Assembly (NCBI RefSeq): GCF_963921235.1
Contig: NC_086097.1
Location: 44,766,001-44,830,000, forward strand
From: Mobula hypostoma
Lineage: Eukaryota
Reading direction: 5' to 3'
DNA length: 64,000 nucleotides
Shown piece after piece: positions 41,428-55,011 of this stretch. Each line of letters starts with the position of its first letter. Position 1 is the stretch's first letter. The position numbers were made by a program, and so were the translations under genes. The notes below the pieces were generated by a model. That model made no database searches. It was not told the DNA's origin and saw only the letters and a list, made by a program, of their open reading frames with translations.

Positions 41428-42779
41428 TACCCTCTTGGGAGATTATCTTATTTTCTTCTGCTTAAATATGACTATATCGAGAACATAAATTGTCCTGCTG
41501 CCATCACCATTGCCACCACCTCCCTCAGCACTATGCTGGAGACCATTCCGATTAACTTTCTTAGCAAGTATGCTTTGCATTGGCAACAGATTCTGTTCTA
41601 AGTTCTGATGCACCTCACCTTTTCATTATTTTTTCAAATTTCTTTCCTGTATTGATAGCCAGTCACTCTTAGATTCAGTCTGATGACAGGTCTTTGACCT
41701 AAAATATTGCTGTGCATTTTCATCATTTTCTTTATTTCAGATTTACAGCAACAACACTTTTATTGTATTGCCTGGTTCAGCCTGCTTTTTTGTTTAATCT
41801 TGCATTTCTCCGTTATCATTCTTATTCAGCTTGACTACTAAACATTTCCATCATTCAATGTTTTAATTATAATAATCCAATTGGTGTTTAATCAATGTCA
41901 TTTGCTAGACAATTATACTGCTTTTAAACCTAATACTTTCATTTATAAGTGCTTGGGGGAGATGGTCAAATATTCTGACCAATGCTAAATGCATGAGAGT
42001 CTAATAGCTGTAATCTTTACTCATCTAAATATACTGGATTATACTAAAATCAAATAATCTTCTGAAAGTGCATTTGAAAAGCCAAATTGCATCCTCCTCT
42101 TATACATAAACTCCAGCAGATCCTCAAAAGAATTGATTTCATTACATTTGACTGGCTCTTTATAAAACCATGCAAAGTGTTCCAGTGCCTTTCTCAGTAC
42201 TTAATGCTCCATTATGTATTGTGGTGTTGACCTACTTATGTACTACTAAGCTAAGACTTAATGGCCAGTCATTCCTAGGCAAATCTTAGACCATTTTGAG
42301 ATGTATAAAACTTGTTAGACAGCAGTATTCCTACACAATGAAAAATATAGTTCATATTTCTGTTCTTTTTTCCTCTAACCTGTTTCAATATCTTGAGCTA
42401 CCAGTATCTGTACCTGGAGACAGTGAATTACAACCACAACATCAATACAATTGCGTGTTCCACAAGCCGATAACTGTTTTGGTTGTTGCTCTACTACTTG
42501 AAAACTGGATGGGACCCGGGCATTGTTAAGGGGCCATTTAACCCAGGATAGGGGCTAATCAGTGGCTGTTTGGGGAGAGCGGGTGGATTGGTTGAAAGAG
42601 ATCAGTGGATGGAGTGTCAAGAGATCAATGGCTTGAGGAGGAAGAGCCTGAAGAAGCCTACGTAAGAAAGTAAATTAAAGCTAATTTTGCCAGGGTGGCT
42701 TACCTGCACCAGGTTGCACACTGTGTGTATAAGCTTGGGCAGGGAAAATATTTGGGACCGCTTTTTTTCATGTTGTATG

Positions 42780-44800
42780 TCAATGATCAGATGACGGAAT
42801 TGATGGTGTTGTGGCCAAGATTGCAAAGATAATACAAAGATAAGTGGACAGGCAGGTAATGATGAGGAAGCAGGGGGTCTGCAGAAGCACTTGGACAGAT
42901 TGGGAGAATGGGTAAAAAAGTGGCAGGTGGAATATAGTGTAGGGAAGTGTATGATCATGGACTTTGGTAGAAGGAATAAAGGCATAGGCTATTTTCTAAA
43001 TGGAGAGAAAATTCAAAAATCAGAGGTTTAAAGGGATTTGGAAGTCCTTGTGCAGGAGTCCCCAAAGGTTAAGTTGCAGGCTGAGTCGGTGGTAAGAAAG
43101 GCAAATACAAAATTAACATTCATTTTGAGAAGACTAGAACATAAGGACAACGATGTCATGTTGAGTCTTTATAAGGCATTGGTCACTTGGAGTGTTGTGA
43201 GCAGTTTGAAGAGGGTCCAGAGGAGGTTCACAAGAATGATTCCAGGAATGAAAGTGTTAATGTATGATGAGCATTTGATGGTTCTGGGTCTACACTTGCT
43301 GGAGTTTAAAAGAATGAGGGGGGAATCTCATTGAAACCTATTGAATACTGAAATGCCTAGATAGAGTGGATGTGGAGAGGATATTTCTTATAAAATGAAC
43401 ATAGAAGAATACAGCACAGGAACAGGCCACTTGGCCTACAAAGTTGTGCTGAACCAACTAAAGAGCAAATCACATATACCCAAACACCAACCAATCTTAC
43501 CTACACCATGTCCACAACCCTCCATTTTCCATACATCCAGGTGTATATCCAAACATTTCTTAAAAGCCTCAAATGCATTTGCCTCTACTACCATAGCGAG
43601 CAGCACATTCCAGGCATTCATGACTCTCTAAGTAAAAAAACTTATCTCTCACATGCCCTTCGAACCTACCCCTTCTCACCTTCAATGCATACCTTCTAGT
43701 ATTAGACATTTCAACCCTGGGAGACAGATACTCTCTGTCCACTCTCTCTATGCCTCACATAATCTTGTAAATCTCTATCAGATCTCCCCTCAGCCTCTGA
43801 CACTCCAGAGAAAACAACCCAAGTTATTCAGCCTCTCATGATAGCACATGCCCTCTAAACCAGGCAGCATCCTGGTGAATCTCTTCTGCACCCACTCCAA
43901 AGCCTCAACATCCTCCCTATAGTGGGGTGATCAGAACTGAACGCAATACTCCAGACGTGGCCTAACCACATAAAGTTATAACATAACTTCCTGAATTTTG
44001 ACTCACTGCCTCAACTAATAAAAATAAACATTTCATAAACCTTCTTAACCATTTTATTAATCTGTGTAGCCACTTTCAAGAAGCTATGAACTTGGATCCC
44101 AAGACCTCTCTGCTCAGCAATAAAGTTAAGGACCTAATCTCAAACAAGAAAAAATCTGCAGATGCTGGAAATCCAAGCAACACACACAAAATGCTGGAGG
44201 AACTCAGCAGGCCAGGCAACATCTATGGAAAAGAGTACAGTTGACGTTTTGGGCTGAAACTCTTTTCCATAGATGCTGTCTGACCTGCTCAGATTCTCCA
44301 GCATTTTGTGTGTGTTGCTGTTAAGGAACTTGCTCTTAATGCCTCCTTGTATTTGCCCTACCAAGGTGCAACACCTCACATTTATCTGGGTTAAACTCCA
44401 TCTGTGATTACTCAGCCCATATCTGCAACTGGTGTATTGTGTGCCGTATTCTTTTCCAGTCTTCTACACTATCCACAACCCCAGTGGGGGAGCCTAGGCC
44501 CAGACAGCACAGCCTCAGAACAGAGGGACATCCATTTAGAACAGAGATGGGGAGGAATTTCTTTAGCCAGAGGGAAGAAAATCTGTCTAACACATTGCCA
44601 CAGATGGCTGTGGAGGTCAAGTCATTGAGTATATTTGAAGTGGAGGTTGATAGGTTCCTGATTAGTCATGGTGTCAAAGATTTTGGGGAGAAGGCAGGAG
44701 AATGGAATTGAGAAGGATAATAAATCAGCCATGAAGGAATTGTGGATTAGACTCAATGGGCCAAATGGCCTAGTTCTGTTCCTACTTCTTATGTTCTTTA
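42780..44800 (+). mobile_element. CR1 3' portion (42780-43392 and 44481-44800) split by an antisense CR1 (~43396-44480)
   Basis: RT C-terminus stops at 'DRVDVERIF' and resumes at 'PVGEPRPRQHSL' after the inserted minus-strand copy. Confidence 0.85.
44133..44319. mobile_element. Miniature fold-back Penelope-type insertion
   Basis: Inverted arms 44176-44236 and 44259-44319; candidate TSD GTTAAGGA at 44125-44132 and 44320-44327. Confidence 0.78.
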
Positions 44801-45573
44801 TACCAGCTGCTAAAGAGAAAGTAGCATTAGTTGTTTGAAGATCCCCAGTAACAGGTGTAGCTCAGAACCATGTGATTTAATTTCCCTAGGCAAGCTCTTA
44901 ATGAGTGTAGCATACGGAATGACCTCATTAGATGTTGATCATACATAGAAAACGTATCAACTGTGCAATGCTACCTATCTATTTCACAGTCAATTTCCTT
45001 TTGAATAGTGATCTTCACTGATGACCTACTCAGACATTCATACCATCCAAATTTTCCTTTTCACAGTTACAACAGAAGCGAAGTATATATAAAGCATCTT
45101 CCCCATTCCCTGCATTCAGTTGGCCCTCTTCATCTCCAATAATCTATATTGACTAATTGCACCTGGGTGCTTGTTATTTTGTTCACCCTTGCTGCTCCCA
45201 CTCCATTAATTACCAATCTTAATGCTTTAACCTTTCTAATCTCCCTTTTTGTTACATCTTGACAGTTTCTTCTCATTGTTCATTCAAATCTCTTTTTGTT
45301 TTAGTTTGTTTACCTTTAGAATTTTGATTCTCCATTTATGTCCACTACTTCTTCTCTATTATACTTTACCTCTGTCTTGTACATCTTAGACTTATGTATC
45401 CTCCTCCCCCCACCGTCTTGTTAGTATTTTATCCAACAGAATCTTTTAAGTAAGATTCACTTTCCTATTGTGACGGAGTACATGGTATTATACTGGAATA
45501 TAAACATAGTTTCAAGTTACTCAGTCTACAGCACCTTGGATTAGGACCTACCTTTTACAGGTTAAGCACATAC

Positions 45574-45710
45574 CGTTTTGCTAGTAATTTATTCATTTCA
45601 TCCATCAGCCCTCCTCCTCCTCCCCCAGAAGGTGCTGCCCCACAGCTATTTCGATTGGTGTCAGATTTTGACACCCCCCCAGGACTAGAACTTCCAGAAC
45701 CATCCTCAGG
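45574..45710 (-). CDS. EVL: EVL exon with F-actin-binding motif (EVH2)
   Basis: cacag|CCT GAG...AAA CG|gtatgt; 137 nt, phase 0-2; [12 protein letters not shown]...[17 protein letters not shown]. Confidence 0.95.
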
Positions 45711-47171
45711 CTGTGAAAGATTGAAAAGATTGAAAAAGCAGAACAATTAATAATATTTTGCATCAATCTGCACATCCTATATATATATTTTACATTAACT
45801 CTTCTACCACATGCTTCCAACAATCTCCATCATTTTGTATGGACCAAGAACAACAGTTTAGCTGTTGACCCAATCACTTAGCACCACCTCTCCTCAGACA
45901 GTCACTGCTGAACAATTCTGGTACATGCAAGTGGTTGCGCTAGATGGGCATCAACAGCAATGGAGCAAGCTACTGAACTTTATCAGCAATATGTTTTACC
46001 AAAATCAATCCTTGCTTTTAACTGTACAAGTACATTCAATGTAAGATACGGATAAAGAGAAAAAATGACCATTCAGTTCATGATTGGAAAACTAAATTCA
46101 GTAATAGCTGCATTTCCCTAACATGTGAATATTTTAATTTGAGGGTTTGGTGAGAAGGGGGTAATAAGAATTAATTCGATATCCTCCTCATACGAGGAAT
46201 GTAAGATTCTTTGAGGTGCCTGTTCTCAGTATCTTTTCCCGTGGGCAGTTAGAATGCACAAATGTTCTCCACACTGCAAAATAATGTTAGAAATTAGTAT
46301 TCACAATTGGTGAAAAGGAACCGCAGAAAGCTATCTTATACTTTGAGGGACAGGCTTTACACAAATTACCTTTGTCATTGGTATCATACAGAACTGCTTT
46401 CCTAAGCACTGCTGGTTCAGGTTTATTCAAGGCAATCAATTAATGCATTGACAATTTAAACAGAGTTTATGCTCCTTTATGAAAAAGTGAAGGTGTGGGC
46501 CCTGGGTTCTGATGATGGGTAGCACAACATGCTTGCAATTGCTTGGCCAAGTTGAGGGCTTATGAAGCTGTATAACATCAAAAAAATATTGATAGCGTGA
46601 TTAAACTTTTGACACAATATTTGAAAATGAAGTTCCACTTACAATTTTTAAGAGTGTCTGTAATAAATCCATGTAATGCAAATAAAATAAGGCAACAACC
46701 TCGACAAATTATTAAAATTTCATGGTAATGAGTAGAGTGTCTATTAAATTTTAAAGAAAAAAAACACATTACCTTAAATCAGTCAGCTGCATGCAAATAT
46801 GCCTCAGATGTGACTTACAGCGCGCTTGACGCAAATGGGTTTTACACATCAAAATATATGAGTGATTTGGGTTAGTAGGTTACTGATTTTAAGTATACAG
46901 TGCTGGTGTTATAAATTTACATCAGGAGATCCAGAACAGTTATATGCTTTCAACACTGAGCTGCCATTTTAAATTTGATGAAAATGGGTAACAAAACTGC
47001 CAACTTGTATTAACATCTTTGGCAGTGAAATTCAAATTCAGCCACAGATGAGCAGATATAATAACAACAGTAATGAATCATTATGCAATCTGTCTAATTT
47101 TCTGTTCTACTGAATGCACAGGAAGAAAAGTTTTCTGAACTGAATAAACAGCTGATCCAATAATGCCCACA

Positions 47172-47460
47172 TTAGAACACAGAATAGTACAGCATAGTAC
47201 AGGCCTTTTGGCCCACAATGTTGTTCCGATTTCTATAAACTTACTGCACTGTCAATCTAACTATTCCTTTCTACACAGCCCATAACTTTTCATTTTTCTT
47301 ATATCCATATGCCTATCCAAAAGTCCCTTGAATGTCCCCATTGTATCAGCCTCTCTACCACCATTTCCGACAGAACAGTCCAGGCACCTAGCACCGTCTG
47401 TGTAAAAGACACCTACTTCTGACATCTTCCCTGAACTTTCCTCCGCTCATCTTATTGCCT
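47172..47460 (-). mobile_element. CR1 3' tail
   Basis: agaacacagaatagtacagcatagtacaggcc tail and 3' UTR. Confidence 0.7.
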
Positions 47461-48501
47461 TCCTGATTCATGGAATTATGCAAGACAGAAGCAGGGCCTT
47501 CAGCCCCGCATACCCATGCCAATGAAGTTGCCTGCCTAAGCTAATCCTATTTGCCTACATTGGTCCATATCCCTCTAAATCAGGGGTTTCTAATCTGACT
47601 CAAAGAGTTATTAATTAACAAAAGAAAATGACTTATCACATTTACAAGCTTATAATTAATTCAGGTGAGCATGCAGCCTGTATTTTATATGCATTTCAAG
47701 CAAATGTCAAAATGTTGTTAGTAAGATAAAGCAAGAACAAGTTTGAGTTCTTAAGTTACAGATTTTTGTGAATTAAGTTTGACATTTAAGTTACAGGTAA
47801 TGTAATGAAAATAAAAATTGCTGAATATTCTATCAACAAAACAATGTCTTAAGCAGAAGGCTATTATTAACCCATTTCAGGATTCACTCCATGAAGTTCC
47901 TTCTAGGTTGTTCCTTGATTTTCATGAGAAATGCCAAGCATTTCCCTCTGTAAGTGTCGGGAAGTTCAGATCTCCCACACTAATGTGTAAATTCTAAACA
48001 GCTTGACAAGTTGGGTTCTTGGTAACTGGGCTCCTCTGCTTGACTCCACAAGGCCATGTGCAAGTCCCAAACCTACAGCGATGTTCCAGTTACTCCCCTT
48101 TAGTGAACAGTAAATTTGTGTCATTAGACCTCCACACTGGGACAGTAATTTCATTTACTTCAGTGGAGATGAGCAACTGCAAACTTCCCAATTAAATGTC
48201 AGGTAATTTATATTTTTTAATTAATCGAGTTTATAGAAATATTTTATTGCACTTTTATATTTCATGATTTTTCCATTTTAATATATATTCAAATAATTTC
48301 TGAACATTATGAATATGAGTGATTTAGAAACATTCATACTTTTAACAGATAGTGGCCTCTGTCAAGTTTAAATTTTCAGCATTTCTGTGAACAGAGATTA
48401 ATCTGAATACACCCTTACAGCCAGGAAATTCTAAACTTAAAAGAAGGGTCAAAATTATATTGTGTTACAGATGCAACTCAAGATATTGATATCACCTTCT
48501 T

Positions 48502-48502
<1 letters not shown>

Positions 48503-48556
<54 letters not shown>

Positions 48557-48600
48557 TATATATACATACATACACATACATACACACACACACACACACA
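48503..48600. repeat. (TA)n(CA)n compound microsatellite
   Basis: Directly visible. Confidence 0.95.
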
Positions 48601-49198
48601 TTTAAAAATTATTTTTGCACATTGTCTGCAAACACCTGAGTTTATTGTAATTGTCAAAATGTTTGAAAGTTTTGTTAATCACTCCTGCGGTGAAATAACT
48701 TTAATTTTTAGTGTTGAATCATGGTTGTTGAATTCTTACTTTAAAGCAAATGAACTAAAGGTATCTAAAAGGTGAAAAAATCAGTTAGCTTTAGACCATT
48801 TCTATTCATTTACCAAAGAGACTACCATAAGTGCCATGGTCTGTGTTACGTGATAATAGCAATCCTTCCACCAATATTTTTTTCACAGCAAGGTCTTTCA
48901 CTGCACAGTTTTATACTGTAGTTCTTGATCTTGAAATATTAGCACTTAGGAAGTTCATAATCACATGTTGACAATAAATATATCACAGTAATTTTCAAAA
49001 TCAACATTACTTGAATATATTAAGCTAATTAAAAAACATTAAATGTTAAGTTGTTAAGTAAGAATTTCATTTTGCCACGTACGGACTTAGAAGGAGAATG
49101 ATCATGGTGTACCACCCATTCACCAACTGAACCAACAAACAACTTTCCAAGTATTTTACATGGTGCAAAAATGTTAATAAGAAAAGCAAGGCTCCTAC

Positions 49199-49437
49199 CC
49201 GGCTAGTTTTCCTCAGTTTAGCCCCAGCGATTGCTGCTGCTAGTCCTGAAGCTGAGTGTCCCTCATCACCTCTAGCTCCAGGGCTTCCACAAGCTGGCAA
49301 CGGAGGAGGAGGAGGTGGTCCACCTCCAGAAGCTGGTGGAGGCCCTGGTGGTGGTGGAGGTGGTGGGGGACCACCAGCAGGAAGAGGTGGGGGGCATGTA
49401 GGTTGTGCATGGGGTCCTCCAGGAGGAACTGGGGGAG
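49199..49437 (-). CDS. EVL: EVL proline-rich region and G-actin-binding motif exon
   Basis: ttcag|CT CCC...AGC CGG|gtagg; 239 nt, phase 1-0; GPPPPPPP runs and [14 protein letters not shown]. Confidence 0.95.
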
Positions 49438-50217
49438 CTGAAATAAAAGTTAAAAAAATATAACAGGGTTAGTCTACTTCAACAGCATCATGTCTATGCA
49501 AAATGGTCAAAATGTTATCAAACACCATCAAGTAAATGCTTAATTAGGTTGAACTCCATAACATGTTAATGCTTCATTGCTGGTTATACATTTGTAGTTA
49601 AGTTTACTTCTGTGGTTAGTTATTAAGTGCAAGTTAAAATTACTGGTTAAAATTATGTGTCATATGTTTAACTCCATTAATATATCATTCTTGGATATTT
49701 TTTGAGAAAGGTGGTGAATATATGCACCTTCCCCTCTAATAAGGGCTATTTTAAAGGACTAATATAATAGATGAAAATATAATTTGCTTGCTTTATAGTT
49801 ACACCATAAAGCATTCAATTCTTTTCTTCTCTATCTATATTCAAATAAAGTATTAAGTGGAAAAGAATAACATCTTCAGGAAGAAACAAATCAGATGAGT
49901 GTTGCTAATTGCTTAACAATCCTGCTTTGTAGCATTTGTGTTGGAATATTATAATAACCTGTAATTAGGATACAGATTTCCAATATTTTTAGAAAAACAG
50001 AAAACAGGCACTATAATTACTAAAAGATTTCCTAAAATTAAAATAGTGTAAAACTGCAAACAAATCTCATTAAAGTAGTCCTTTAAAATTTTGTACGTCA
50101 AAAATCATTTAAGTAAAAAATATTCAAGCCAAGCAGAGAAGAAACAGAAAATAAAATGAGATGTCTTGAGTAAACAACACAAACATATTGTATGATGCCA
50201 GCAATAGCACCACTTAC

Positions 50218-51093
50218 CCAACTGGGTAATAGAAGTTGAAGTGACTGATGTCATAGAAGATGAGGTCTTCATGGACATTGCTGCCTCACAGAAGGCAGCG
50301 CGAAATGGAGGAGATGTAATGAAGTGTGAACGGGACTTGTAAAGCTGTTGTGCAGAAAGTGATGAGAAAACTAGTAGCTGAGGATGAATGTAAGAGGAAG
50401 GTGGACCACTTAAAATTGGCATGTGAGATTCAGGACCAGATTTTAATGTGCAAGAGCCCTCTGCATTCTTTACTCTTGTTGGAGGCCTGGAAAAGGCAGG
50501 GTGAGTTGATGCTAGAATATTATTTTCATCATGACTCCTCTGGTTTGTTTCAGACGAAGCTAACTGCACTGCAGAACCCACTGGCCTTTTAATCTTCTCA
50601 TCATGCAGATGAATTAATGAAAGACTATCTGGAATTGTAGGCTGAGATCCAACAGCCTTGTGGGGAGGAGTGGCGATTGTCACAGGGGGCAATGAAGGAA
50701 GTGGAGTAGATGTATGATGAACAGGTTTAGGCTGTAAAGTTGAAGATGGGAAAAGAGTAGAGGTCAGGGATAATGGGATCTGTCTAATACTTCGACTCAT
50801 GGTCCCATGGCTTGGTTGTGTAGGAGATAAAGCAGGAGTTAGGGAAGTAGATAATTGTACTGAAGAAGATCTAAGAAGTGAGGGTTTAGTAGAAGTTCCA
50901 CTGGATGGCAAGTGGCAAGGATCATCAGCAAACACTCGTTTAGCAGAAGCTGCAGAATCAAAGGAGGTGGCTCTGGTATAAGAAGGTGGAGAGGGAGCTT
51001 TAGTAGACATGGTTACACTGTAGGTGTTATATTGATGTGGAGGAGACTGGCTATGGAAAGGGGAGTGGGCAACTTTGATCTGAAGGGTAGAAA
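50218..51093 (-). CDS. EVL: Large in-frame Ser/Pro/Thr-rich cassette exon of EVL (292 codons), Mena '+' insert-like
   Basis: Long polypyrimidine tract + cttag|TT TCT ACC; ends CAG TTG G|gtaagt; 876 nt, phase 1-1, stop-free (inside ORF 50105..51172), phase-compatible with both neighbouring exons; no TE motif recognised. Confidence 0.8.
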
Positions 51094-51204
51094 CTAAGCA
51101 ATAGAAGCAAAAAAAGAGAAGAAACAATAAGTAAAATATATTAAAAAAGTCAAAACAGAGAAGAATAAACAAAGTTTAAAATATTCCATTGTTAATGCAA
51201 ATAC

Positions 51205-51709
51205 CTAATACGCCAGTGAAATAGCAGTAATTCAATGCATGCAGACATGGTCAAGACGTTCAGTTGTTGTTCAGACCAAACATTAGCATAGGGAAGAAAT
51301 ATGATCTAAGTGACTTTGACCGTGGAATGTTAGTTGGTGCCAGATGGGGTGGTTTGAGTATCTCAGAAACTGCTGACCACCTGGAATTTTCACACGCAAT
51401 AGTCTCTAGAATTTACAGAGAATGGTGCGGAAAAAGAAAAAAATCATCCAGTGAGTGGCAGTTCTGTGGGAGAAAAAGGCTTGTTGATGAGAGGTCAGAC
51501 GAGAATGGCCAGTCTGGTTCAAACTGACAGGAAGGCAACAGTAAATCAAATAACCATGCATTACAACAGTGGTGTGCAGAAGAACATCTCGGAACGCACA
51601 ACACATTGGAACTTGAAGTGGATGGACTACAGCAACAGAGACCACAAACTTATACTTAGCAGCCACTTTATGAGGTACAGGAAGTACTTAATAAAGAGGC
51701 CATTGAGTG
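51205..51709 (+). mobile_element. Internally deleted Tc1-like transposon
   Basis: GKKYDLSDFDRGMLVGARWGGLSISETA (Tc1 HTH); right end ataaagaggccattgagtg|TA. Confidence 0.8.
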
Positions 51710-52229
51710 TATATGTTACCACATACTACCCTGAAATTCATTTACTTGCAGATATTTATGGGAAAAAATACAGTAGAATTTTTACCAAAAAACATACACA
51801 ATTAAAGACAAACAACCAATGTGCAAAAGACAAACTGCATATAAAAATAATACTAAAACATGAGTTATAAAGAATCTTTGAAAGTCTCTGAATGTATATC
51901 ATAGATGAAAAATCATGCTGACAGAGTGGGATGGTAATAATGATTTTCAACTATATTTTCATTTTTGCATACTGTAGGTTATTTACTTCCTGTGGAAAAT
52001 CATACTTTTAATTGTGACATGTTCATGGTTAATATGCAGAGAATTAAGGAATAAAAGTATTCAAAGTGAATTGTATTCCATGCTGTTGTTATGAATGTGC
52101 TAGTCATGTAGAAGTTAAGAAACTGGCTTATATAACATTGAATTCTCGTAAGGGGGAGTATTTGAACTTAAGAAAGAAATAACAATTTTGCTGCATTTTT
52201 AGGTTTAAAAAAAAGGGAAACCATTCCTC

Positions 52230-53594
52230 TGCCTTGATCTACGGGATGCAAGACTCATTTTGTTTGGTGTATAAAGCTCATTTTGTGCAATGACGGAAAC
52301 AGCCGAGCCAGTGACTGATTCCATTTTAATTAATAAGCCATTGATTTCTGGTATAAGACACATTGCTTATCCCTTGTTAGTTTTCATATTGTAAATCTCA
52401 AGGTTACCTTGTCCTGTGTCTCTCTCATCACTATCAGATTTTTCATCAACAGCATGCAAATTAATACCCTTTTTCAAAGTGCAACTTGACTTCTTATCTT
52501 TTCCTCTTCCCTATGTAGTCCATTTACTTTTGTCGGCCTGACATGCTCTTTGTATGTGTCCTACTTTGTTGAATTTTCTGCATGTTTCACCTTTAAACCT
52601 GCATTGGTCTGGGTTACGTGAGCCCCTGCCAAAAGGTAACACAATTCATTCAGCTTCTGTTTAGACATTGCAATTTTGTTCATGCTCATTTTCATTCCTG
52701 ACTGGAACTCAATTGTGTCTCTGTCTGCTGTTTTCATTGATACAGCAATTTCAACTGCTATTTTAAATGCAAGTTGTTCTTCAGTTAGGTGCTGTTTTCG
52801 AATGCTTTCTTGTAATATTCCACAAACTAAATGATCTCTCGTTGCATCATTAAGCCCATCATTGAACTGACAAGACTCAGACAACTTCTTCAGTTCAGCT
52901 ACGTACCCCTTCCTTTCGATTCCACTTATAAAACCTAATGTGTTCTGCAATCAACAATGGCTTTTGTTCTAAATGTTCCTGAATTACTTTCACAGTATTA
53001 GCAAAGCTCATTTTGGCTGGCTTGGTTGGAGCAGTTAGACATCTAAACAAAGTGTAAACCTTTAAATCCAATGCACTCAATACAATTAGCACTTGCACTG
53101 GCTACTTCATTTCCTTCAAAATACTGTTCAATTTGCTCAGTATACAATATTTAGTTATCCCTTGAGCAACCGAATATGTCTATCTTTTCAATGTAGCCAT
53201 CCACTTCTGGCCTGGTACTCACTGCTTATGAACCCATGAATCTAGTCTGTTTTCTGCCTTTTTTTTTAACTCGACAGTTTTTTAAAAACTCAAATGTCTT
53301 GCTGTGCTTTTTTAAAAAGCTCAAACATCACGCTGTGCTTTAACAGGCAGGTAGTCATCTCAGGTCATTTAAAACTTACACGTAGCAACTGTTATGTTTT
53401 GTAACCCAGGAGAATGTATTTTAGTTTAGTTTTTACTTTAGTGAGGCACACACTTATGACATGGTGGTGTAATGATGTTTGCCAGTCATGTACTTTTAAA
53501 TACAACCCATAATGAATTATGGAGACAACAAAGAATGCTCCGTCAAACAATATACTTACAATATTACTCAAATATCAGTGAAATATTAAATACA
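52230..53594 (-). mobile_element. Gypsy LTR retrotransposon 5' fragment (LTR ~53390-53594, gag, start of protease)
   Basis: YTLFRCLTAPTKP, YVAELKKLSESCQFNDGLNDATRDHLVCGI. Confidence 0.82.
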
Positions 53595-55011
53595 AATCAT
53601 TTGGTATTATTAAAGTGGAGGTTGATAGGTTCTTGATTAGTAAGGCGTCAAAGGTTACTGAGAGGAGGCAGAAGAATGGGGTTGAGAGGGAAAATAAATC
53701 AGCAATGATTGACCCAATGGGCCAAATAGCCTAATTCTCCTGCTGTATCTTATGGGCTTATTCTACTCAAGTGAGTCTCCAAGAAAATGCCCGTTAGTCG
53801 TGATGAATACAGATCTTTTCCTTCTACCAGATTGAATGTTCAGTGACTTATTCACAATTACAACAGGCAGCAATTTTTTCCCCTAAGATCCTAGGTTATA
53901 AGCTCTAGCACAGGATGGTGTGAATTACATGCATGCAGTTTCAAGGCCACAATTCTTTCTGATAGTAAAACGGAAAGAAATTTCACTCTCTTAATATCAA
54001 ATGATATGAGGTCAAAACAACAAATTATGTAAACAGGTGACAGTATGAATTAGAACCAGGGTTATTATTATTGACATATAGTATGTCATGAAATTGTTGC
54101 TTTGTGGTAGCAGTACCGTGTAAAGCATGCAAAAATTATTATAAATTATAATAAAAATAAATAAATAGCGTAAAAGAGGAATAGTGAGGCAGTGTTCATG
54201 TCCGTTCAGAAATCTGATGGCAGAGGGGAAGAGGCTGTTCCAAAAACGACGAGTGTGGGTCTATACCAGCTCTAATTAAGATATCTTCATCCTTCACTAG
54301 TCTACTGTGTAAAATTCAATGGGTTAGCAGAGTAAAGTAAGGGTGATTATTTGGGACTGAGTATCTTATGACATGGGTAATGACTCCAACATGTAACAAA
54401 TATGTAGATACAGAGCATATGTGTATTGAAAGCTAAGCCGCTCTGTGAGCGTCATCTAGCTGACCACTGATCTACTGAAACGATGCATATACAGCCTGGA
54501 TTACTCTTCCCTGTCACGAGTTATAACAGTGTCCCCATTACCACAATGCCAAAACGAAAGCCAATGCAGAATAAACATTTGAAACCAAACTTGTATATTA
54601 CATCACACCATATTTACAACAGCCAGCTGTCACACTGTTGCATCTTTTACAGCTAGCCTTACTGAAATCCTCATGAGACCTTTGCAGCAAAAGTTCCTTG
54701 TTATCTATCCTTGCTGCCTGCCTTCTACTTTTGCCCATCACTGTATGTAGTGGCTACTTCTATGGCACCAACATCTGAGCTAATGGCTCCATTTGTGAAA
54801 TGCAGTGACTGTATGCCTCGAAATGAGAAAGAAGACTGCTTGTACAAGGATGTAATTTTGTTAGCTGATCCATGATTACACCATCTAAATGGAGTTTGCG
54901 TTGATGCAGAGATAGGATTAGTTAAGAGAACATTAACGTTTTAAGTGTTTTCACTCCTGTTAGTGTTTGTGATTTCAGCAATAGGAGTCTTGTGGAGAGC
55001 CAGCAGTGACT

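Noticed and set aside
41677..41712. CTGATGA + AGGTC-TTT-GACCT hairpin as a functional hammerhead
   Set aside because: The GAAA box reads AAAA and the cleavage triplet is degenerate; an old remnant at best
50105..51172. 355-aa ORF read as a standalone gene with a hydrophobic signal peptide
   Set aside because: The F/L-rich N-terminus is just the translated polypyrimidine tract and the tail runs past a GTAAGT donor; an internal EVL exon fits better
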